Shown here in pieces: positions 9,578-23,887 of a stretch of DNA of 64,000 nt; position 1 is the stretch's first letter, and the number at the start of each line of letters is the position of its first letter. The notes beneath the pieces are model-generated. The model had not been told where the DNA came from, did not search any database, and saw only the letters and a list, made by a program, of their open reading frames with translations. The DNA comes from a virus: IMG/VR virus record IMGVR_UViG_3300009159_000032; one strand, 5' to 3'. Position numbers and translations under genes: made by a program.

Positions 9578-12500
9578 TTATTGACCTATTAAAGGATCTC
9601 CTGTTTCACTGTCTAAAGTATCTCCGGATTCAAGCACCAGATATTGATCAGTTGTAGTGTTCTGACCATAGTAATATTTATCTGGCATAAAAGATGGGCT
9701 CTCTAACAAGAACTGTATTTGATCTGTGTTGCGTAAATGGATATTAGAATATTCAAATCCAGTCACAACATCAGTCTTAATTACTACCTTAATTTCAGCA
9801 TCTTCTCTTGGTAAACTAGCCAATACTAAAACGTTAGTTCCAGTTATTGAAAACTCAGGAACAATTGTTTCATTACTTGATGTACCGTATGAATTAACTG
9901 AATCAGAATCGTATGCAATATCAGTACGTGTTCGAACATAGTCTAAACCAGGTTTTGTTAATTGGCGGCCTTGAACAAATACATCAATTTGATACTGTGT
10001 CGCAGTTGATGCGGAAAATGTCAACGGTGTTAGAGCATTTAGATCCCAAGTTGAAGTTCCGTATCTAATATTGTCTGCACCTGTGGCCCAATATGTAGTA
10101 GCAGTGGTCCAGGTTCTAACATTTTCACTTACATAAATTGTCTGTCCTGCACCTTGATCAACAACTATTGAACTTTCTTTGTGCAGAGTTTTAACACCTG
10201 TGCCTAATGTACCTCGTCTTAGGCTACTTAGTTTATTACCAGATAGTCTGTAGAATTCAATTCTTTCGCCGTTAATAAGAATAATACCAGGACGAGATCT
10301 AGCAACGTTAGGCGGTGTTAATACACTGGCATCCTCAACTGTGATCTCAGTGTCAGAGACTGTAAGATCAGCAGCTAATTGTGTAGAATTATTACCGCTT
10401 AGTCGCTTATAATGTGTTCTTCCTAAGTTGTCTCTAAAAATTCTATACCCTAATAACGATTCATTTGTTTTATCAACAACGCTCATTATTACTACAGTGT
10501 CACTTCCTTGTATAGATATTGATGGACTTACTATAATAGTCTTTTGATCACTTTCTAATCTGTAGTGAATATTTTTTGTTAAAGGTTTTCCATTAAGTTC
10601 AACCCATACATAGTTTGTACTTAATGCTGGTCTGGTTAATCTAAAAATTCCACTGCCGTTTCCAGGAAATCTTTCTCTTCTAATCAACGAATTATCGTGA
10701 TTGGTAAAAGTAGTTACTTTTAATGTACTAGAACTAGCAACACTGACTCTATCAGTAAAAATTAAATTTTGTCCTTGAACAATATAGTCATGATCGCGAA
10801 GTATAGTAATTGCAATTGCATCACCTTGTGAAATTGTGTCGACTGCAAATTCAATTAAATTTTCTTCTTGTCGAAGAGATAAGGCTGCACCAAAATATCT
10901 TCTAACGCCATTAACATATACTTCTAAGTGTGCCATGTCAGGAAGACCCTGAACATAATTGTAATGTTGATCAAAAGAGAAAGTTAACTGATTAGTTTCT
11001 GCAATATAATATACAGTATCGGGAGGACTTAATCTTGTACCATTTCTTTCAACAATTATTTGACTATGCAAAGGTCCAATTACACCCGGTGACTGGGATA
11101 ACACAAAAGTGCCGGTGCCAATATTGGCAGAAATATACTGATCATTGACTTCGCTGAATGCTTTGTGTTCGCCGGCAAACGCCCACGCTTGTAGTAGATC
11201 TCCATAATTTAAATTGTTAGTAAATCGTATAATAGCTCTGCCAGACATTCCCCCGTTAGTAGATCCCACTAAGGTATAGGCAGTTGATTTCACTCCGTTA
11301 ACTGTTACATACAAACTTTTAACGCTGGACTTGCTTACTGATAATTCAAAATTATTTTTTCCTGTAGCGGAACTAACGGCATAATGAGCTTTATCAATTA
11401 AATTCTTACCGCCAACATTCATTGTGGTAATTGACAAAAATTGTGGTGCAATCGTCTGAGCTCTAAATGGATCAAAACTGCCTCGGCCTGCATATTTCCA
11501 ATTGCCACCGTTAATTGTACTGTAGAAAACATGGCTAGTATTATTAAGAATTTGTGTGTAGTCTACTTCAACTCCGGTACCGTTAGTTGTTCCTGTTTTG
11601 CCTGTAGCAATACCCGTGATAAATCCTAAATCGCCATTAAAGTTTGCTTCACGCCACGTGTTCTCATAAATCATTTCAACATATTGGTCAGTACCATTAC
11701 TGTACAAAGTAACTTCGTATTGATACGCCGGAACTGTAGGAGTTTGCTCTCTTTTATTATAGTGCGATCCTTGGAATCTTAATCTCCAATATGTAAAATC
11801 ACCTATTGTTCCGCCACTCAAAAATAAGCCAGGAACTTCTCCGGTATCTAAAGGTTGCCCAGAACTTCCTACTGCCTGCCATAAATCGCAATATTCAATA
11901 TATATAGCAGGTTGAGTTAAAAATCCTAATTGAAGAGGTGTCCAAGATGAGTTTCCAGACCCAAATGTTAGGTATCCGTTAGTACCTACATAAACTTCAT
12001 CATATATAGAATCAAACATATTCCACTCAAATCCCAATGAGTACGGACCTGTTGATGTATCATCTCCAGCTGTTGACGCTATAGGAAAACTAATGTTTTC
12101 TTTTCTTGGAAGGACTACGGTTGAACTAAAATAAGGTCCTTGAATTTCAAGTAACGGACTATCTAATAATACTATTTCATTTGTCTCAAAATCAATAGTG
12201 TAATCAATAGCGTATGTTAGCACTGTGCCATCTTTGATAACTTCAACAGAACTAGTGTTTGGAGGAGTCATACCTATTGCATATCTAATAACTCCTACTT
12301 CAAGATAATGTTGTTTATTAATAACTAATCCAGTCCCTGATTCAGGATATGTAAAAATATTAATACCTAAACTATCAGAAACTCTTCCAGGAAGATTTTC
12401 TTCAGGTCCGTAACTATTTGTAGCACTAACAAATGCATCACCGTCAATGTTGATATCTTCGTAGTCGTTAGATTTGGTTAATACCAAATCTCCATCAAGG

Positions 12501-15500
12501 TTAGAATAATAGCCGCCGCCAGAAATATATGTGTCTAGATCAGGATCAACTATTGGACTACTGCCGTCGCTTGACTGTGTTCTAAAAATTATTGTAGCAG
12601 TAGAATTGTATATCTTGTTAACAGTAACAGTACTTTGATATCCGTTACCAACAAATGTAGGCATAATAGCATCTGGATTTGTTGCTGTAGTTCCATCAAT
12701 CCTAATTGTAGCGAACTTATTAGTTACTGTATTAAGAGTTTGAACATAGACATTAATTGATTCATTTAATTCAGGAACAAAATCTAACTGATAAGTGTAA
12801 GGATTGGGATTTAAGAAAGTAACTGTTCCTGTTGTAGTTGCATTAGTAGTTGTTGAAATTGTCACTGCCCATTGCGAAACACTGCCACCTTTGTAAGTTG
12901 AAGATGTAACTGTGTATATTGTGTTTGTTGTTAAGGCAGTAGTAGTGGATCCAACTTTAACTGTTTTAACATCTGGGTAATTGATTAAATCAAAGTAGAA
13001 TGTATTGGTAGTTGCATTAATGTTGGTATCGTTAAACTTAGCAGATATTCTTGGTCCTTTTGCTAGATATGCTCGTTCCTCGGGAATATAATCGTCCCAA
13101 TTGTTTACACCGTATGGCAATGAATCAAAACCACTAGATAAACCAAATGGTAATGTATCAACAGTAACCCCCGGATATTCTAATCCGTTCATTAATAGAG
13201 TTGCAGTATTACCTGGCATACCTGATGTAGGCTCATAGTAATCTCTAATACGATCAATAGCATTATATAACGCAGTGTCTTTTCTATATTCAATCTCAAT
13301 TTCTGTACGTTTAGAAATAATCTGATCAAATACTAGTCTTCCGTATTTTTTAGTGTAGCCTCTAAATTTATCAGTATAAGTTTCTATTGAGTAGTCGCCA
13401 GATAACACTCGTATACCGTTAAGGGTAACTGTTATATAATTTTTGTCTGGATTTGGTGCCCATGAAAGATCAAACTTGTTTGTTAATCCAGATGCAATAA
13501 ATCTGTCAGTGGCAGTTTTAGCGATAATTTCATCATATCCTGCAACACGATCAAATTTCATCTTAACAATGTTTGATCGAATTTTATTGTTTGACATAAT
13601 TACGCTAACCTTAGCAGGCGTCAGTGTAGACGGTCCTCCACCAATAACGTTTATAATTGGTGTAGCAGTATACCCAGAACCAGGATCTGTTACTATAATT
13701 TGTGTAACTTTTCCTAGTGCAATATAAGCAGTTGCTTTTGCGCCAGATCCAGTATCTCCAGCTTGTGGTACAATTTCAATTACCGGAGGAGTATCGTATC
13801 CAGCACCACCATCATATACCTGTACCGACTCTACAGAGTATCCGTAATTTTCTGCCCATGCCTTCCATGGGTAAACTGTTAGTTCTGGTCTACCAAATGT
13901 GATAGGCGTAAATTGTTTAGTTGATGTATCATACACAGACGGTAAATCAAAGTCTGTAGTAATAGACCGTGTAATATCAGTAGCTGTATAATTTGAAGAA
14001 AAGTTTCTTATTTTTGTATGATAAGGTTTAGTTTCTTCAATATAACTTTGATAATAACTTTCGTTGTTTAGTTTATAAACAGGTCTTTGATCCAAAGCAC
14101 CAGCATAATTAACTACATCAACTAGTGATGTTTTTAAAACCCAATCAAGCGATTTTTGTTCTGTTAACGCATGTTTGATTAATTTAAAGAACAATAAATT
14201 GTAGTATACTTTTAATTCTTTAACAAATACATCTTCAAGTAATCCTAAGAAAATATTTTTAATTTCTTTTGTAGGAGTTTGATCAAATAATGTTTGATCA
14301 AATCCAGCTATTTGGTCAAATCCGTATATTGATTCTGAATAATTCCATAAAGAATCAAGAAGTTGAATTGTTCCGTTTTCTTGATAGACTAAATCATAAG
14401 AATTATTGTAGGTACCAGTTGTTTGTGTGCTAGAAATTTTGCGAAGAATAATATATCTACCATCACCTGCATTTCTAATCTTAACATAATTACCTTCTGG
14501 AACTTCAATTAATGCAGATAATTGATACGGTGCATCTATAGTAGCTAATAGATCTTGAGCATTATTAAATGTTGCGTCAACCCAATCTATGTATTTCCAA
14601 TATAATGTTGTATCATAACTTTGTGAAGAAGCTCTATAGTACTCTTTTTTACTGTAGTCCCATTCGTACTTACTCCATTTATTATTAACATTACTATCAA
14701 CAGATACAATAACTGTAAATGGACGGACTACCACAGTTGGAGCAGTTACATATCCTGATCCAGGATTTATAATAGTTGCCTTAACTACTTGGCCAACAAT
14801 ATTAATTTCAGTTTCAATTATTGCACCATGGCCAGTACCTTCTATTGTTACAGTAGGACCAATATAATTTTTAGATGAAGAGATTGACGATGATAATTTT
14901 AAATTCTCAGCATGGTAGCCATAACCGCGATTAGTTATTACTACATTAACTATTTTTCCGTTCGTTACATTACATGACAATTCTGCACGTTTTAAATTTC
15001 TAGTGACAATGCTAAAATCTTTTTCTATTAAATCTTCTACTAAGAAATCATATTGTCCTAATAATGGGTTAGGCGGAGTATCTTTATCTAAAAATCTAGT
15101 TAGATTAACATAGTCAACTATATTATTCTTTTTAAGAATTGAATTTGCATATTCAACAAGAACTCGAGTAGCCCCTTGTTTGCTTACAAACATTGATTGT
15201 CTTGGTCTAACTGATACACCATAACGATTTCGACTAGATAATTTTTCATCAGGTACAGTATTGTTTAAACTGTCTACACCTACTATACTATCTAACATTT
15301 TGCTGATTAATTTTTTAGGAGGAATACTTGATTTATTACCTTCTTGTAATAACAACCATTCTGTATGTTTATTATTAATATTGTTTATTGAATCTAAACT
15401 AATTGACAAATTAATTTTAGTTCCAATCACACTTGATTGCATATTGGTTAACATGACTGCATTATCAGCAATTATGCCTGCAAATTTAATTCCTTGAGCT

Positions 15501-18500
15501 TTAGGATCTGCAATTATAGTTGCAACATTATAAGCACTTATTTTTCTTTCTACTCCTGCAGGAACTGTAGTTTTATTTTTTACCCAATAGTAATAAAAAT
15601 TACTAAAAGAATTAGATACTGGGTCCCATACTTGTTTTACAGATACAACTGAGTTATCAGAAAATTTTGGTTGTCCGCTTATGCTTTGGGCAAGGCCGTC
15701 AGTTGTATCAGATATCGCTAGCCACTGGCTAGGCAAGTAAGGAGTGCCCACCCATTCATAGACGTCAATCATCGATCCCGGAAACATACTATTCCAATTA
15801 TTTTTTCTAAATTCTAATTCGCCTTGTTCGTACCAAGTATACTTTATCGAACTTAGATCCCACCATAATTCGCCAACATGTTCATCTAACCAATTAGCTG
15901 TAGTATCTACAGATACGCCTGGAAGTCCAATAGAATAAATTGCAGGATCAAATAATGATTTATAACGAAGTTCTTGGTCTGCTATTCCTGAAATTTTTCC
16001 TTTAATAGGATCAATAATTTCTAAGTAATCGACAATACTATCTGTCTCAGTATCGATAGTTTTTATATTTTTAATATTATCTAGATCAACCAATGCTGTT
16101 TCTTCACGTAATGGGTACCAACTGTCTAAAGTGGTAGATTTAGATTCATATAGATACAACGCACCTATTTGATTGTTAATATAATTTTGGCCTGGTGCTC
16201 CTACAGTTATGTAACTATCAGCAACAAACATACTTTTTCCGTATATTTGATCAGTTGATACTCTATTATCAAATAGTTCTTCGGCAAAAACAAATTTATT
16301 TTGTTTTTTAACAAAAGAAAATACTGCACCCGAATTTTTTACTGTGGAATAAAAATTCACTGTGCCTGAGTCAAATGTTGTAGCAGACTCTCTAAGAGCA
16401 CTGTTTGAATCAAGAACATATTTAGGTGAGCCTGATTTTTGTTTTGAAAACACATCAAAGGTTAGGTAAGGTCGATGTGTAGACCCAATACTTGATACTA
16501 CTAACGTTTTTCCGTCAGACGATAAAGACATGTTAGCACCAAAATCATAACCATTATCAATAAACGGATTGCTAATTATTTGATTTAAACTATAACCAGT
16601 TAAATTTCCTATAGAATTGTATTGTGCTTCAAACACAAAAATCTTTCCAACTTTACCATTATCGCCCAGTGCTTTGGGTGCTGACACATATAGATAATCG
16701 CCAGAAGTATCCAATAATATTTTTTCTCCAAAACTATCACCAACTTTAACGTGATCAATTAACTCTGCATCAGTTATATCTTTTGTTATAATGATAGCAT
16801 TTGGTAAGAATGATGCTAGTCTTACATACCCACCGCCAATTGCTGACACTGCTAGTCTTTTAACTTGTCCTTTGTTTACTGCTATGCTATGACCGTATCT
16901 GTCGCCTGATGCAGGCACATGCCCTGACTGTCCAAAAAAGTTGATTACTGTGCTTGTAGACACAACATTGGTGCTTAAATTTAATGTAGTATAGAATATT
17001 GTTCCAGCATCATTATTAAATCCTGGGGCTGATACAACAACAAATTTAGAAAGATTAGAATTAGATGACACTGCTACATCCCAACCAAATTGTGCATATG
17101 ATTGAGGTATTGGACTTGTGAATACTGCTCTGTCAACAGCAGCCGCTGTAGGATTTTCAAAATCAAATTTAACTATCTGTATCAATCCTTCTTCAATTTT
17201 ATTTGATGCTGTGCTATTAGGATTCACAGTTGTAAAATGACTAGATGTATTTCCATACTTAACATGAGATGCCTTAGGTGCTCCGACTAATACCCACCCA
17301 CTGTCTTCGTCAAATTCAATTGACTGGCCAAACATAGGAACATTTGTTCCTGTAAAATATGTTGAGATTGACGAAGGATTAATATTTCTACCACCTGCAT
17401 AAATTAAACCGTTGGCGCCCTTGCCTGATTTATTATAAGCATACAATCTTCCGTATGATGGAGAAATTGATGATTTATAATTAGTTGAGGCAACAATTAA
17501 TTTACTACCTTTACTATTTCCTACTATTGAATACCCGTATTGTTGATTACTGTTAGCACCGAAATTTGTAGGAGAATCATAAAGTGTAGATTCAAAATTA
17601 TTAGTTTTTTGATATACTGCCCATTTTCCAGACCCACTATCATTGACCCAAATTTTTTCTTTGTTCCTAAATTTGTCAAAGGTTGGTAAAGTAGTTAGAT
17701 CATCAAATGAATCAAATCTAGAACTAACAAATTTGAATAATATTCCTATCTGAGGATCGTACGGTGTTGTTAAATCAGTTATAGTTGATTCAAGAATTAT
17801 TTGATTTAGCTCTGGTATAGATTCAACAGTATATACTCCATCAAGATACGGATCAAATTGTGAAATACTAATTATATCTCCAACAGATAGATTATGAAAA
17901 GAATCTGTAGTAACTAATAATGACGATCCAGGAATATAAATTGCAACATCAATTACTTTAGATGATAACTGTGTATAACGATAAACTCCCCAGTCTCCAT
18001 TATTTTCAAATCCAAGCCAAACTGTGTCACCGTCTTTAAGGGCTCTATTATTTGCAATATCTAATAGACTGTTTTTATTAAAAGCTGTTGCTGTAATATC
18101 ATCAATCCTCACATAACCGGCTACAGGAAGAGTACTGGCAATATCGCTGTACTTAGTTGTAGTACTAAATGGGGAGTTTCCATAATTATCAGGTTTTATT
18201 TGTACGTCTTTTGATTCAATATAAGAAATAAAATCTTTTGTAACGACAGGTTTTGTTTGAACAAAGTTAACAATCTGTGGATTTTCTTTAAACTCTGATT
18301 CATTTAAATTAAACTCAAGAGTTTGATCTGTAGAATACGCTCCATATTCGCCAACTCGAACTGCCCAGTCTTCGTAAAAATCTATATAACTTCCTTGAGA
18401 AATTACACTGGCTTTACTTAATTTTTCAACTGTATTCCTTGTGCCTTTTTCTTTGATAAATCCTTGATAAAACTTGTACTGACTAATTGCATTTGTAAAA

Positions 18501-21500
18501 ATATTATTAAGATAGGGTCTTGGTGTATATCCTATCAAATGTTGAGCCAACGATTGTTGACTTTGATCAAAGTTATCAATGTCTAAACTATAAAAATCGT
18601 CAAACTGTGCAATTTTATAATCAAAGTTTGGTAATAATTCTGCAACAGGTTTGCTACCTAATATTGACCATTGGTTGAAATTAAAAGTGTCTCCTCCAAT
18701 AATTTTTGTAATAGCAGTATAGTAATTGCCTGCATAAAATACAACATTACTTGCAGCATAATCGGTATATGGAGTCCAAGATGTAATATCAGCTTCGTCA
18801 TAGATAAAGCCAGGACTGAATAAATCTCCGTTCCAATTGTCAGTAATAAACCCTGATAGTTTGATTCGACGTTGTCTATATCCTGACTCATTATCGTATA
18901 TGACATCATTAAAATATGTATGATTGTTTAATACCAGTGTATGTTCTTTTTGTATTAAATTTAATCTAACAAAATAAATCCCGTCAGTGGTGTTTAGAGT
19001 TTTTAATGTAAAATCATTTTCTTCTCTATATGTTGAAATATTTTTACTTGATAACACTGCACCGTCGGCTTTTAAAACACTGTATTCGTAGAAAATATTA
19101 GTCAGGCTATCAACTACGGCTGAAGAATTTTTAAATTTTAATTTTTCTGCAAAGGGACTTAGTGTAATTACACTGCCTATTGCCCAATTTTGAGTTGACC
19201 AATAAATCAATTCTTTAGCTGAAAATTTCCAATCTACAATTTCTTGTACTTCTTTACTGTACTCATCAAAAATCAAACCTTGAGATTCTAGCCAGGTGCC
19301 ATATCCTAGTAATGCTGCATACACATCGTTGATATCTGCATATTCAATCCCGTAAGGTATTAAGGTAGTTACTTTTTCAAACCTTTTAGGATTTTTAATT
19401 GTTACACCGCCAATTTTAGGTAATTCAACAAGAGCTTGAAAATTTGCTGTGTTAAAAACTTTACCAGAATTATGACTTACTTTTACTCTGTAAAACTTTT
19501 CAAGATGTCTTACAATCTGTCCTTGTTTGTAAAATCTATAGCCATCATTGGTACTAACGGACACTGTATCAAAACCAGACATAGGATTTGCAGCAGAAGG
19601 TGCCCAATCAACATACGGAGAACTTTTTCCTCCTATTGTAATTGCAGGATCCACTGCTGTGAACACAGGCATATAACAAGTAAAATAAGGATTTTGTGTG
19701 TCATATCCTTTGATAGAATATCCCTTGTCCGTTTTTTGGACAATTACTCCACTAACTCCAATACTTTTTACTGGGCTACTTTTATCAAGGAAAATAGAAT
19801 AATCATTATCTGAAAGAAAAACTCCAGAACTAGCACTAGACGGACTAACACTGTCAATGGTAATTTTAAACTTGTCTTTATTAACAAAACCGCCTATTTT
19901 ATGTGTAAGTTTTGAATATACAAATGATGTTTCTGTTTTTAATTTTTCAAGATAGTTTCTATTTTTTTGTTTTCCTGCCTCAATTAAAAATACACTATAA
20001 CCAGATCCTAACAATTCAGAACCGGCTACTGTGTCTTGATAAAATTTTAAAACATCAAAACTATGAAAATCTACATTGTCTCCATATGTATATTGTCCAG
20101 CTAGATTCTTTTTGGTTCTGCTTGTGTCAAATAATAACGAACTATATGATGCTGGATCGGTCAAAGCCATTAATATCTGTACAGCATATGGCCATAAACT
20201 ACTTCTTCTCCACGATGTTTCAACTGGTCCTTGATCTCCAAATTCCCAGTTGGCATCAGTAGTTAGGTAGTCTACTCCGGTAGCAATATTTGCCTGTGTT
20301 GGCATCAATAATTTTCCGTTGTTGTCAACGGGTATAATATCTGCAAGACCGGGACGTGCATAGAGACTATTAATAGCTGTATTATTGGGATCTTTAACTA
20401 GTCCCTGTTCTAAATCATTCCATAAGATTTTATTACCTCGAGTGTATGGTGCAGGTCCGTATTCATTTTCCCACCATTGAGGTTGTTCTCTAAAACCCAG
20501 CATCTCCCATGGATGGGTATGAGGACGGTCTGTGTCAAAAAAGTATTTGTATGTAGCTCTCCATCCTCCAGGTAAAGGTAGTTTAGTAACTAAATCTTTC
20601 CCTGATTTAATATTCCAAGTCTTTGGATTATCAGACGCAGTTGTATTTTGTGAAAAATTAAATCCGTAAAATGCATCCCATTTTAAAAATTCTCTTGCAA
20701 GTATTGCGTTAATTTCTTTAGGTGCATAATCATTATTTCTAAATGCTCCAGGAAATACAGTATCAATATTAACTAATTCTGAGTCGTATTGCACTTTAAG
20801 ATTATTATAAATTCTACGCTCATACTCAAGAATCACAGCATCTCGGCTGTCACCAAAAGCAATCATTATACTGCCATCGTGCCCCTGGATCACTGTTTGA
20901 GATTCAACATAGGTATCGTCAACAAATATTTTTGGTTCAAATTTAGGATACAGTCCTAATTTAGTAGGTGTTGGCGGAATATAACATCCACGAGTGCTTG
21001 CATAGTCATCGACTCTAATCACATCACCTTTTGTTAAAGGAACTTTAATATGTACACTAGAATCATATAAATCAAATTCATAATCTGCACCGTGTAATAA
21101 CTGTGTTATATTGCCAATAGAATCAGTGTGATAAATGATTACTGATCTTTCAGATATTGTAGTTAAATTAAAATTAGACAATAAAGAATAGACAGTATTT
21201 CTACTATCGGTTACTGTGTAATTTCTTGTAACTGCATCTGTTCCATACCCTATCATATCGCTCATAGAATAAGGAAACATAACATCCTTGTTTACATTAA
21301 CATTATATAATGCAATATCAAGTGCTCTTGATGGAGTATACACTCCTGCTAGATTTGCAATCTGTTCTATTAATGCTAATTTAAATTGATTATAATGCTG
21401 TCCAACTAATCTTGTTGCAGAAATTAAATTAAACTCGTCATTAGCTACAAAATAACCTGCAAATACTAAAGGATTTTTATTAGAAATTAATCTTGTTCCA

Positions 21501-23887
21501 TATATTGAAGAATCTGGCAAATCACGTAGATTGCTAACACCTGGAAACATTCCCAAAAATTCCGGATGTCTATCAACTATTGTCTTGACATGGTCAGATA
21601 ATTCCGATAAAGTAAATTCAGATATAGGACCATTTAACGGGTTATTTGTCCACCCAGGAGAAGTCTCGTAATATCCAGTTGCACTAGGAATTGCAGAAGT
21701 GTTAATTCTAAACAACACCTTATCGCCGACTGTTAATGCTGATTTAAAAACTACAGAATAATTTCTACCAGAAGCAAATAAAGTATACTCATCTCCTAAA
21801 ACTTTTTTATCCTGATTAACATATACTTCAATGTTCAATGTTTGATAACCTGGATTATCAACTGCGGTAATTTGAAGTTCAGTAGTTGACTCAGAAATAA
21901 TATTATATTGTAGAATTGGTATCTGATATTCTGGTGTTTCTGACCAAACATTTACAAATGTAACACTGTTACGAGATATATTTTGTTTAATAAAGCCGCT
22001 AGAAACATTTATATCATAAGAAATATTATTATCAACAATAGTATTCGTATCGTTCATAAAATAGTTTTCAAATAGATAGTATGCTTGATTAGCTACATTT
22101 TTATATTTTAACGGGAAACCTAAAACTGAGTCTTTGATTCCTGAGCCGATCGCATATCCAAATATTTTTGTTCCTACAAAACCGCCTTTATACACAGATT
22201 CGTCACTGTAACTTATGCCAGTATTGTCAAATATATCAAATCTTGGAGCTTGATTAATAGCAGTTTTTTGCTGTGCTAAAATCCACTCAGTTCCGTTAAA
22301 CCACCAATTGGTGCCTTTATACTCTGTACCTTTTGTAACTGTAACTGAATCGCCCAATAAAGGCGTAACATCGTCTGCTTCTTCTAAACTAATTCTAAAT
22401 TTATCTTGTATTTTAACAAAGTTAACAACAAATGTTTTTCCATTAACAAAATTATCAGCGTCTGCTGTAAAAATAATTCTGTCACCTTGACCTATTTCTA
22501 CTCCGTCTACATAATAACCTAACTGTCCTTCAATTTCAGTAAAGACATCAGTAGTTGAAGTATCAATAAATTGAATATTAGGTTTAGCAAAACTTCCAAA
22601 ATTATCAAGCTGAAGATTAGCTTCAAACTCTATGATTGGTCTTTTGGCTTTATTTGCTACAGGGAATAGTAAAGGAATTTTATTTGCTTCAGCAGATATT
22701 TTAATTACATCTTCATGGAACCATCTATTATATCGAGACCAAGGATTTTTATCTTGACTAGCTCTATTAATAGTAACGTATTCTGGGGTTTCAGGAAAAT
22801 TGTTTGACTGATCAAATGCGTATTGATCAAACGCTTCAGTGTCAAATCTTTCGTCAAAAATAGATGTAAATTTTTCAGGTGTTTCTAAACTATCAATGTC
22901 AATTAATTTAATTTTATCTCCAACACCTTCAACGATAAAATGTTTATTTTTATATTCTGTAGGAGTAACATTGCCAACAAAGTCTATCACTAAACCGTTA
23001 GTTAATTGTATTCCATTATAAGAAGTATATTGTTTTTTTCCTACAATTTCTTTTTCTACATCAATACTACTGTTTTCTTCAATGTCTTTGATAACAAATT
23101 CGCCGCCGTTTAATTTGTCGGTTTCAGATACAAAATACAAAATTTTAGGTGATGTATTATCAATTTTAAGTGTAATGATGCCTTTTTTAATACCGTTATT
23201 TTCTGTGACTCTATACGGTGCTTCTTTACCGTCAACTCGACTTGTCTTAATCCAAAAAGGATTCTTAGAGTCTACATTAAACTTATAAGTCACTCCTCGG
23301 TATAATGTTAACTGCGGTGCAGGAGTTAGTCCGTCGGGTGTAAACACAAAATAAAAGCCGTCAGCGGTGTCTGTAACATTATAGGTGCTGACAATTTCTC
23401 TTTGCTGATTTCCTATAGCAACAGAGTCAGGCCCGTTAGGAAGCCAATAATAATTTTCAAAATTGACAAATTTATCCCAGTCAATATGTGGATTGTAAGA
23501 ATAAAATTTAGGTTTAAATAATCGATCTAATCTGCTAACATTTGCGCCTTCGAATTCAAGTTGATTGATAAGATCGTCATAAGAAGTTGATTTAATAATT
23601 TTTAAAATTTCATCTGTTATTACCAAAGCAGGTTCTAATTGATAATCTTGACGCAATTTTGAATTTGAATTAAGATAAAAATCTTTCTCAACATTATACG
23701 TTGGTGTGATTTTTCCACCAACCCAACCGTCAACTCTTTTTAATTGAGGAGGCTGTATTAACTGATCAATTGTTCCTGATAAAAATTTTGAATTCTTATC
23801 TGTTCTAAACAATACAGGCAACAGATTAGCCGATTTTCTCATCGGGTTATTATTTTTATCTGTTACTTGTGATAAATCATCTGACAT
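9578..23887 (-). CDS. Giant baseplate wedge protein (gp7-like position), 4769 aa, with beta-propeller and fibre modules
   Basis: Uninterrupted 14.3-kb ORF directly downstream of gp6; N-terminus [22 protein letters not shown]; FG-GAP-like repeats ([44 protein letters not shown]). Confidence 0.7.
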   Translation of the reverse strand: MSDDLSQVTDKNNNPMRKSANLLPVLFRTDKNSKFLSGTIDQLIQPPQLKRVDGWVGGKITPTYNVEKDFYLNSNSKLRQDYQLEPALVITDEILKIIKSTSYDDLINQLEFEGANVSRLDRLFKPKFYSYNPHIDWDKFVNFENYYWLPNGPDSVAIGNQQREIVSTYNVTDTADGFYFVFTPDGLTPAPQLTLYRGVTYKFNVDSKNPFWIKTSRVDGKEAPYRVTENNGIKKGIITLKIDNTSPKILYFVSETDKLNGGEFVIKDIEENSSIDVEKEIVGKKQYTSYNGIQLTNGLVIDFVGNVTPTEYKNKHFIVEGVGDKIKLIDIDSLETPEKFTSIFDERFDTEAFDQYAFDQSNNFPETPEYVTINRASQDKNPWSRYNRWFHEDVIKISAEANKIPLLFPVANKAKRPIIEFEANLQLDNFGSFAKPNIQFIDTSTTDVFTEIEGQLGYYVDGVEIGQGDRIIFTADADNFVNGKTFVVNFVKIQDKFRISLEEADDVTPLLGDSVTVTKGTEYKGTNWWFNGTEWILAQQKTAINQAPRFDIFDNTGISYSDESVYKGGFVGTKIFGYAIGSGIKDSVLGFPLKYKNVANQAYYLFENYFMNDTNTIVDNNISYDINVSSGFIKQNISRNSVTFVNVWSETPEYQIPILQYNIISESTTELQITAVDNPGYQTLNIEVYVNQDKKVLGDEYTLFASGRNYSVVFKSALTVGDKVLFRINTSAIPSATGYYETSPGWTNNPLNGPISEFTLSELSDHVKTIVDRHPEFLGMFPGVSNLRDLPDSSIYGTRLISNKNPLVFAGYFVANDEFNLISATRLVGQHYNQFKLALIEQIANLAGVYTPSRALDIALYNVNVNKDVMFPYSMSDMIGYGTDAVTRNYTVTDSRNTVYSLLSNFNLTTISERSVIIYHTDSIGNITQLLHGADYEFDLYDSSVHIKVPLTKGDVIRVDDYASTRGCYIPPTPTKLGLYPKFEPKIFVDDTYVESQTVIQGHDGSIMIAFGDSRDAVILEYERRIYNNLKVQYDSELVNIDTVFPGAFRNNDYAPKEINAILAREFLKWDAFYGFNFSQNTTASDNPKTWNIKSGKDLVTKLPLPGGWRATYKYFFDTDRPHTHPWEMLGFREQPQWWENEYGPAPYTRGNKILWNDLEQGLVKDPNNTAINSLYARPGLADIIPVDNNGKLLMPTQANIATGVDYLTTDANWEFGDQGPVETSWRRSSLWPYAVQILMALTDPASYSSLLFDTSRTKKNLAGQYTYGDNVDFHSFDVLKFYQDTVAGSELLGSGYSVFLIEAGKQKNRNYLEKLKTETSFVYSKLTHKIGGFVNKDKFKITIDSVSPSSASSGVFLSDNDYSIFLDKSSPVKSIGVSGVIVQKTDKGYSIKGYDTQNPYFTCYMPVFTAVDPAITIGGKSSPYVDWAPSAANPMSGFDTVSVSTNDGYRFYKQGQIVRHLEKFYRVKVSHNSGKVFNTANFQALVELPKIGGVTIKNPKRFEKVTTLIPYGIEYADINDVYAALLGYGTWLESQGLIFDEYSKEVQEIVDWKFSAKELIYWSTQNWAIGSVITLSPFAEKLKFKNSSAVVDSLTNIFYEYSVLKADGAVLSSKNISTYREENDFTLKTLNTTDGIYFVRLNLIQKEHTLVLNNHTYFNDVIYDNESGYRQRRIKLSGFITDNWNGDLFSPGFIYDEADITSWTPYTDYAASNVVFYAGNYYTAITKIIGGDTFNFNQWSILGSKPVAELLPNFDYKIAQFDDFYSLDIDNFDQSQQSLAQHLIGYTPRPYLNNIFTNAISQYKFYQGFIKEKGTRNTVEKLSKASVISQGSYIDFYEDWAVRVGEYGAYSTDQTLEFNLNESEFKENPQIVNFVQTKPVVTKDFISYIESKDVQIKPDNYGNSPFSTTTKYSDIASTLPVAGYVRIDDITATAFNKNSLLDIANNRALKDGDTVWLGFENNGDWGVYRYTQLSSKVIDVAIYIPGSSLLVTTDSFHNLSVGDIISISQFDPYLDGVYTVESIPELNQIILESTITDLTTPYDPQIGILFKFVSSRFDSFDDLTTLPTFDKFRNKEKIWVNDSGSGKWAVYQKTNNFESTLYDSPTNFGANSNQQYGYSIVGNSKGSKLIVASTNYKSSISPSYGRLYAYNKSGKGANGLIYAGGRNINPSSISTYFTGTNVPMFGQSIEFDEDSGWVLVGAPKASHVKYGNTSSHFTTVNPNSTASNKIEEGLIQIVKFDFENPTAAAVDRAVFTSPIPQSYAQFGWDVAVSSNSNLSKFVVVSAPGFNNDAGTIFYTTLNLSTNVVSTSTVINFFGQSGHVPASGDRYGHSIAVNKGQVKRLAVSAIGGGYVRLASFLPNAIIITKDITDAELIDHVKVGDSFGEKILLDTSGDYLYVSAPKALGDNGKVGKIFVFEAQYNSIGNLTGYSLNQIISNPFIDNGYDFGANMSLSSDGKTLVVSSIGSTHRPYLTFDVFSKQKSGSPKYVLDSNSALRESATTFDSGTVNFYSTVKNSGAVFSFVKKQNKFVFAEELFDNRVSTDQIYGKSMFVADSYITVGAPGQNYINNQIGALYLYESKSTTLDSWYPLREETALVDLDNIKNIKTIDTETDSIVDYLEIIDPIKGKISGIADQELRYKSLFDPAIYSIGLPGVSVDTTANWLDEHVGELWWDLSSIKYTWYEQGELEFRKNNWNSMFPGSMIDVYEWVGTPYLPSQWLAISDTTDGLAQSISGQPKFSDNSVVSVKQVWDPVSNSFSNFYYYWVKNKTTVPAGVERKISAYNVATIIADPKAQGIKFAGIIADNAVMLTNMQSSVIGTKINLSISLDSINNINNKHTEWLLLQEGNKSSIPPKKLISKMLDSIVGVDSLNNTVPDEKLSSRNRYGVSVRPRQSMFVSKQGATRVLVEYANSILKKNNIVDYVNLTRFLDKDTPPNPLLGQYDFLVEDLIEKDFSIVTRNLKRAELSCNVTNGKIVNVVITNRGYGYHAENLKLSSSISSSKNYIGPTVTIEGTGHGAIIETEINIVGQVVKATIINPGSGYVTAPTVVVRPFTVIVSVDSNVNNKWSKYEWDYSKKEYYRASSQSYDTTLYWKYIDWVDATFNNAQDLLATIDAPYQLSALIEVPEGNYVKIRNAGDGRYIILRKISSTQTTGTYNNSYDLVYQENGTIQLLDSLWNYSESIYGFDQIAGFDQTLFDQTPTKEIKNIFLGLLEDVFVKELKVYYNLLFFKLIKHALTEQKSLDWVLKTSLVDVVNYAGALDQRPVYKLNNESYYQSYIEETKPYHTKIRNFSSNYTATDITRSITTDFDLPSVYDTSTKQFTPITFGRPELTVYPWKAWAENYGYSVESVQVYDGGAGYDTPPVIEIVPQAGDTGSGAKATAYIALGKVTQIIVTDPGSGYTATPIINVIGGGPSTLTPAKVSVIMSNNKIRSNIVKMKFDRVAGYDEIIAKTATDRFIASGLTNKFDLSWAPNPDKNYITVTLNGIRVLSGDYSIETYTDKFRGYTKKYGRLVFDQIISKRTEIEIEYRKDTALYNAIDRIRDYYEPTSGMPGNTATLLMNGLEYPGVTVDTLPFGLSSGFDSLPYGVNNWDDYIPEERAYLAKGPRISAKFNDTNINATTNTFYFDLINYPDVKTVKVGSTTTALTTNTIYTVTSSTYKGGSVSQWAVTISTTTNATTTGTVTFLNPNPYTYQLDFVPELNESINVYVQTLNTVTNKFATIRIDGTTATNPDAIMPTFVGNGYQSTVTVNKIYNSTATIIFRTQSSDGSSPIVDPDLDTYISGGGYYSNLDGDLVLTKSNDYEDINIDGDAFVSATNSYGPEENLPGRVSDSLGINIFTYPESGTGLVINKQHYLEVGVIRYAIGMTPPNTSSVEVIKDGTVLTYAIDYTIDFETNEIVLLDSPLLEIQGPYFSSTVVLPRKENISFPIASTAGDDTSTGPYSLGFEWNMFDSIYDEVYVGTNGYLTFGSGNSSWTPLQLGFLTQPAIYIEYCDLWQAVGSSGQPLDTGEVPGLFLSGGTIGDFTYWRLRFQGSHYNKREQTPTVPAYQYEVTLYSNGTDQYVEMIYENTWREANFNGDLGFITGIATGKTGTTNGTGVEVDYTQILNNTSHVFYSTINGGNWKYAGRGSFDPFRAQTIAPQFLSITTMNVGGKNLIDKAHYAVSSATGKNNFELSVSKSSVKSLYVTVNGVKSTAYTLVGSTNGGMSGRAIIRFTNNLNYGDLLQAWAFAGEHKAFSEVNDQYISANIGTGTFVLSQSPGVIGPLHSQIIVERNGTRLSPPDTVYYIAETNQLTFSFDQHYNYVQGLPDMAHLEVYVNGVRRYFGAALSLRQEENLIEFAVDTISQGDAIAITILRDHDYIVQGQNLIFTDRVSVASSSTLKVTTFTNHDNSLIRRERFPGNGSGIFRLTRPALSTNYVWVELNGKPLTKNIHYRLESDQKTIIVSPSISIQGSDTVVIMSVVDKTNESLLGYRIFRDNLGRTHYKRLSGNNSTQLAADLTVSDTEITVEDASVLTPPNVARSRPGIILINGERIEFYRLSGNKLSSLRRGTLGTGVKTLHKESSIVVDQGAGQTIYVSENVRTWTTATTYWATGADNIRYGTSTWDLNALTPLTFSASTATQYQIDVFVQGRQLTKPGLDYVRTRTDIAYDSDSVNSYGTSSNETIVPEFSITGTNVLVLASLPREDAEIKVVIKTDVVTGFEYSNIHLRNTDQIQFLLESPSFMPDKYYYGQNTTTDQYLVLESGDTLDSETGDPLIGQ

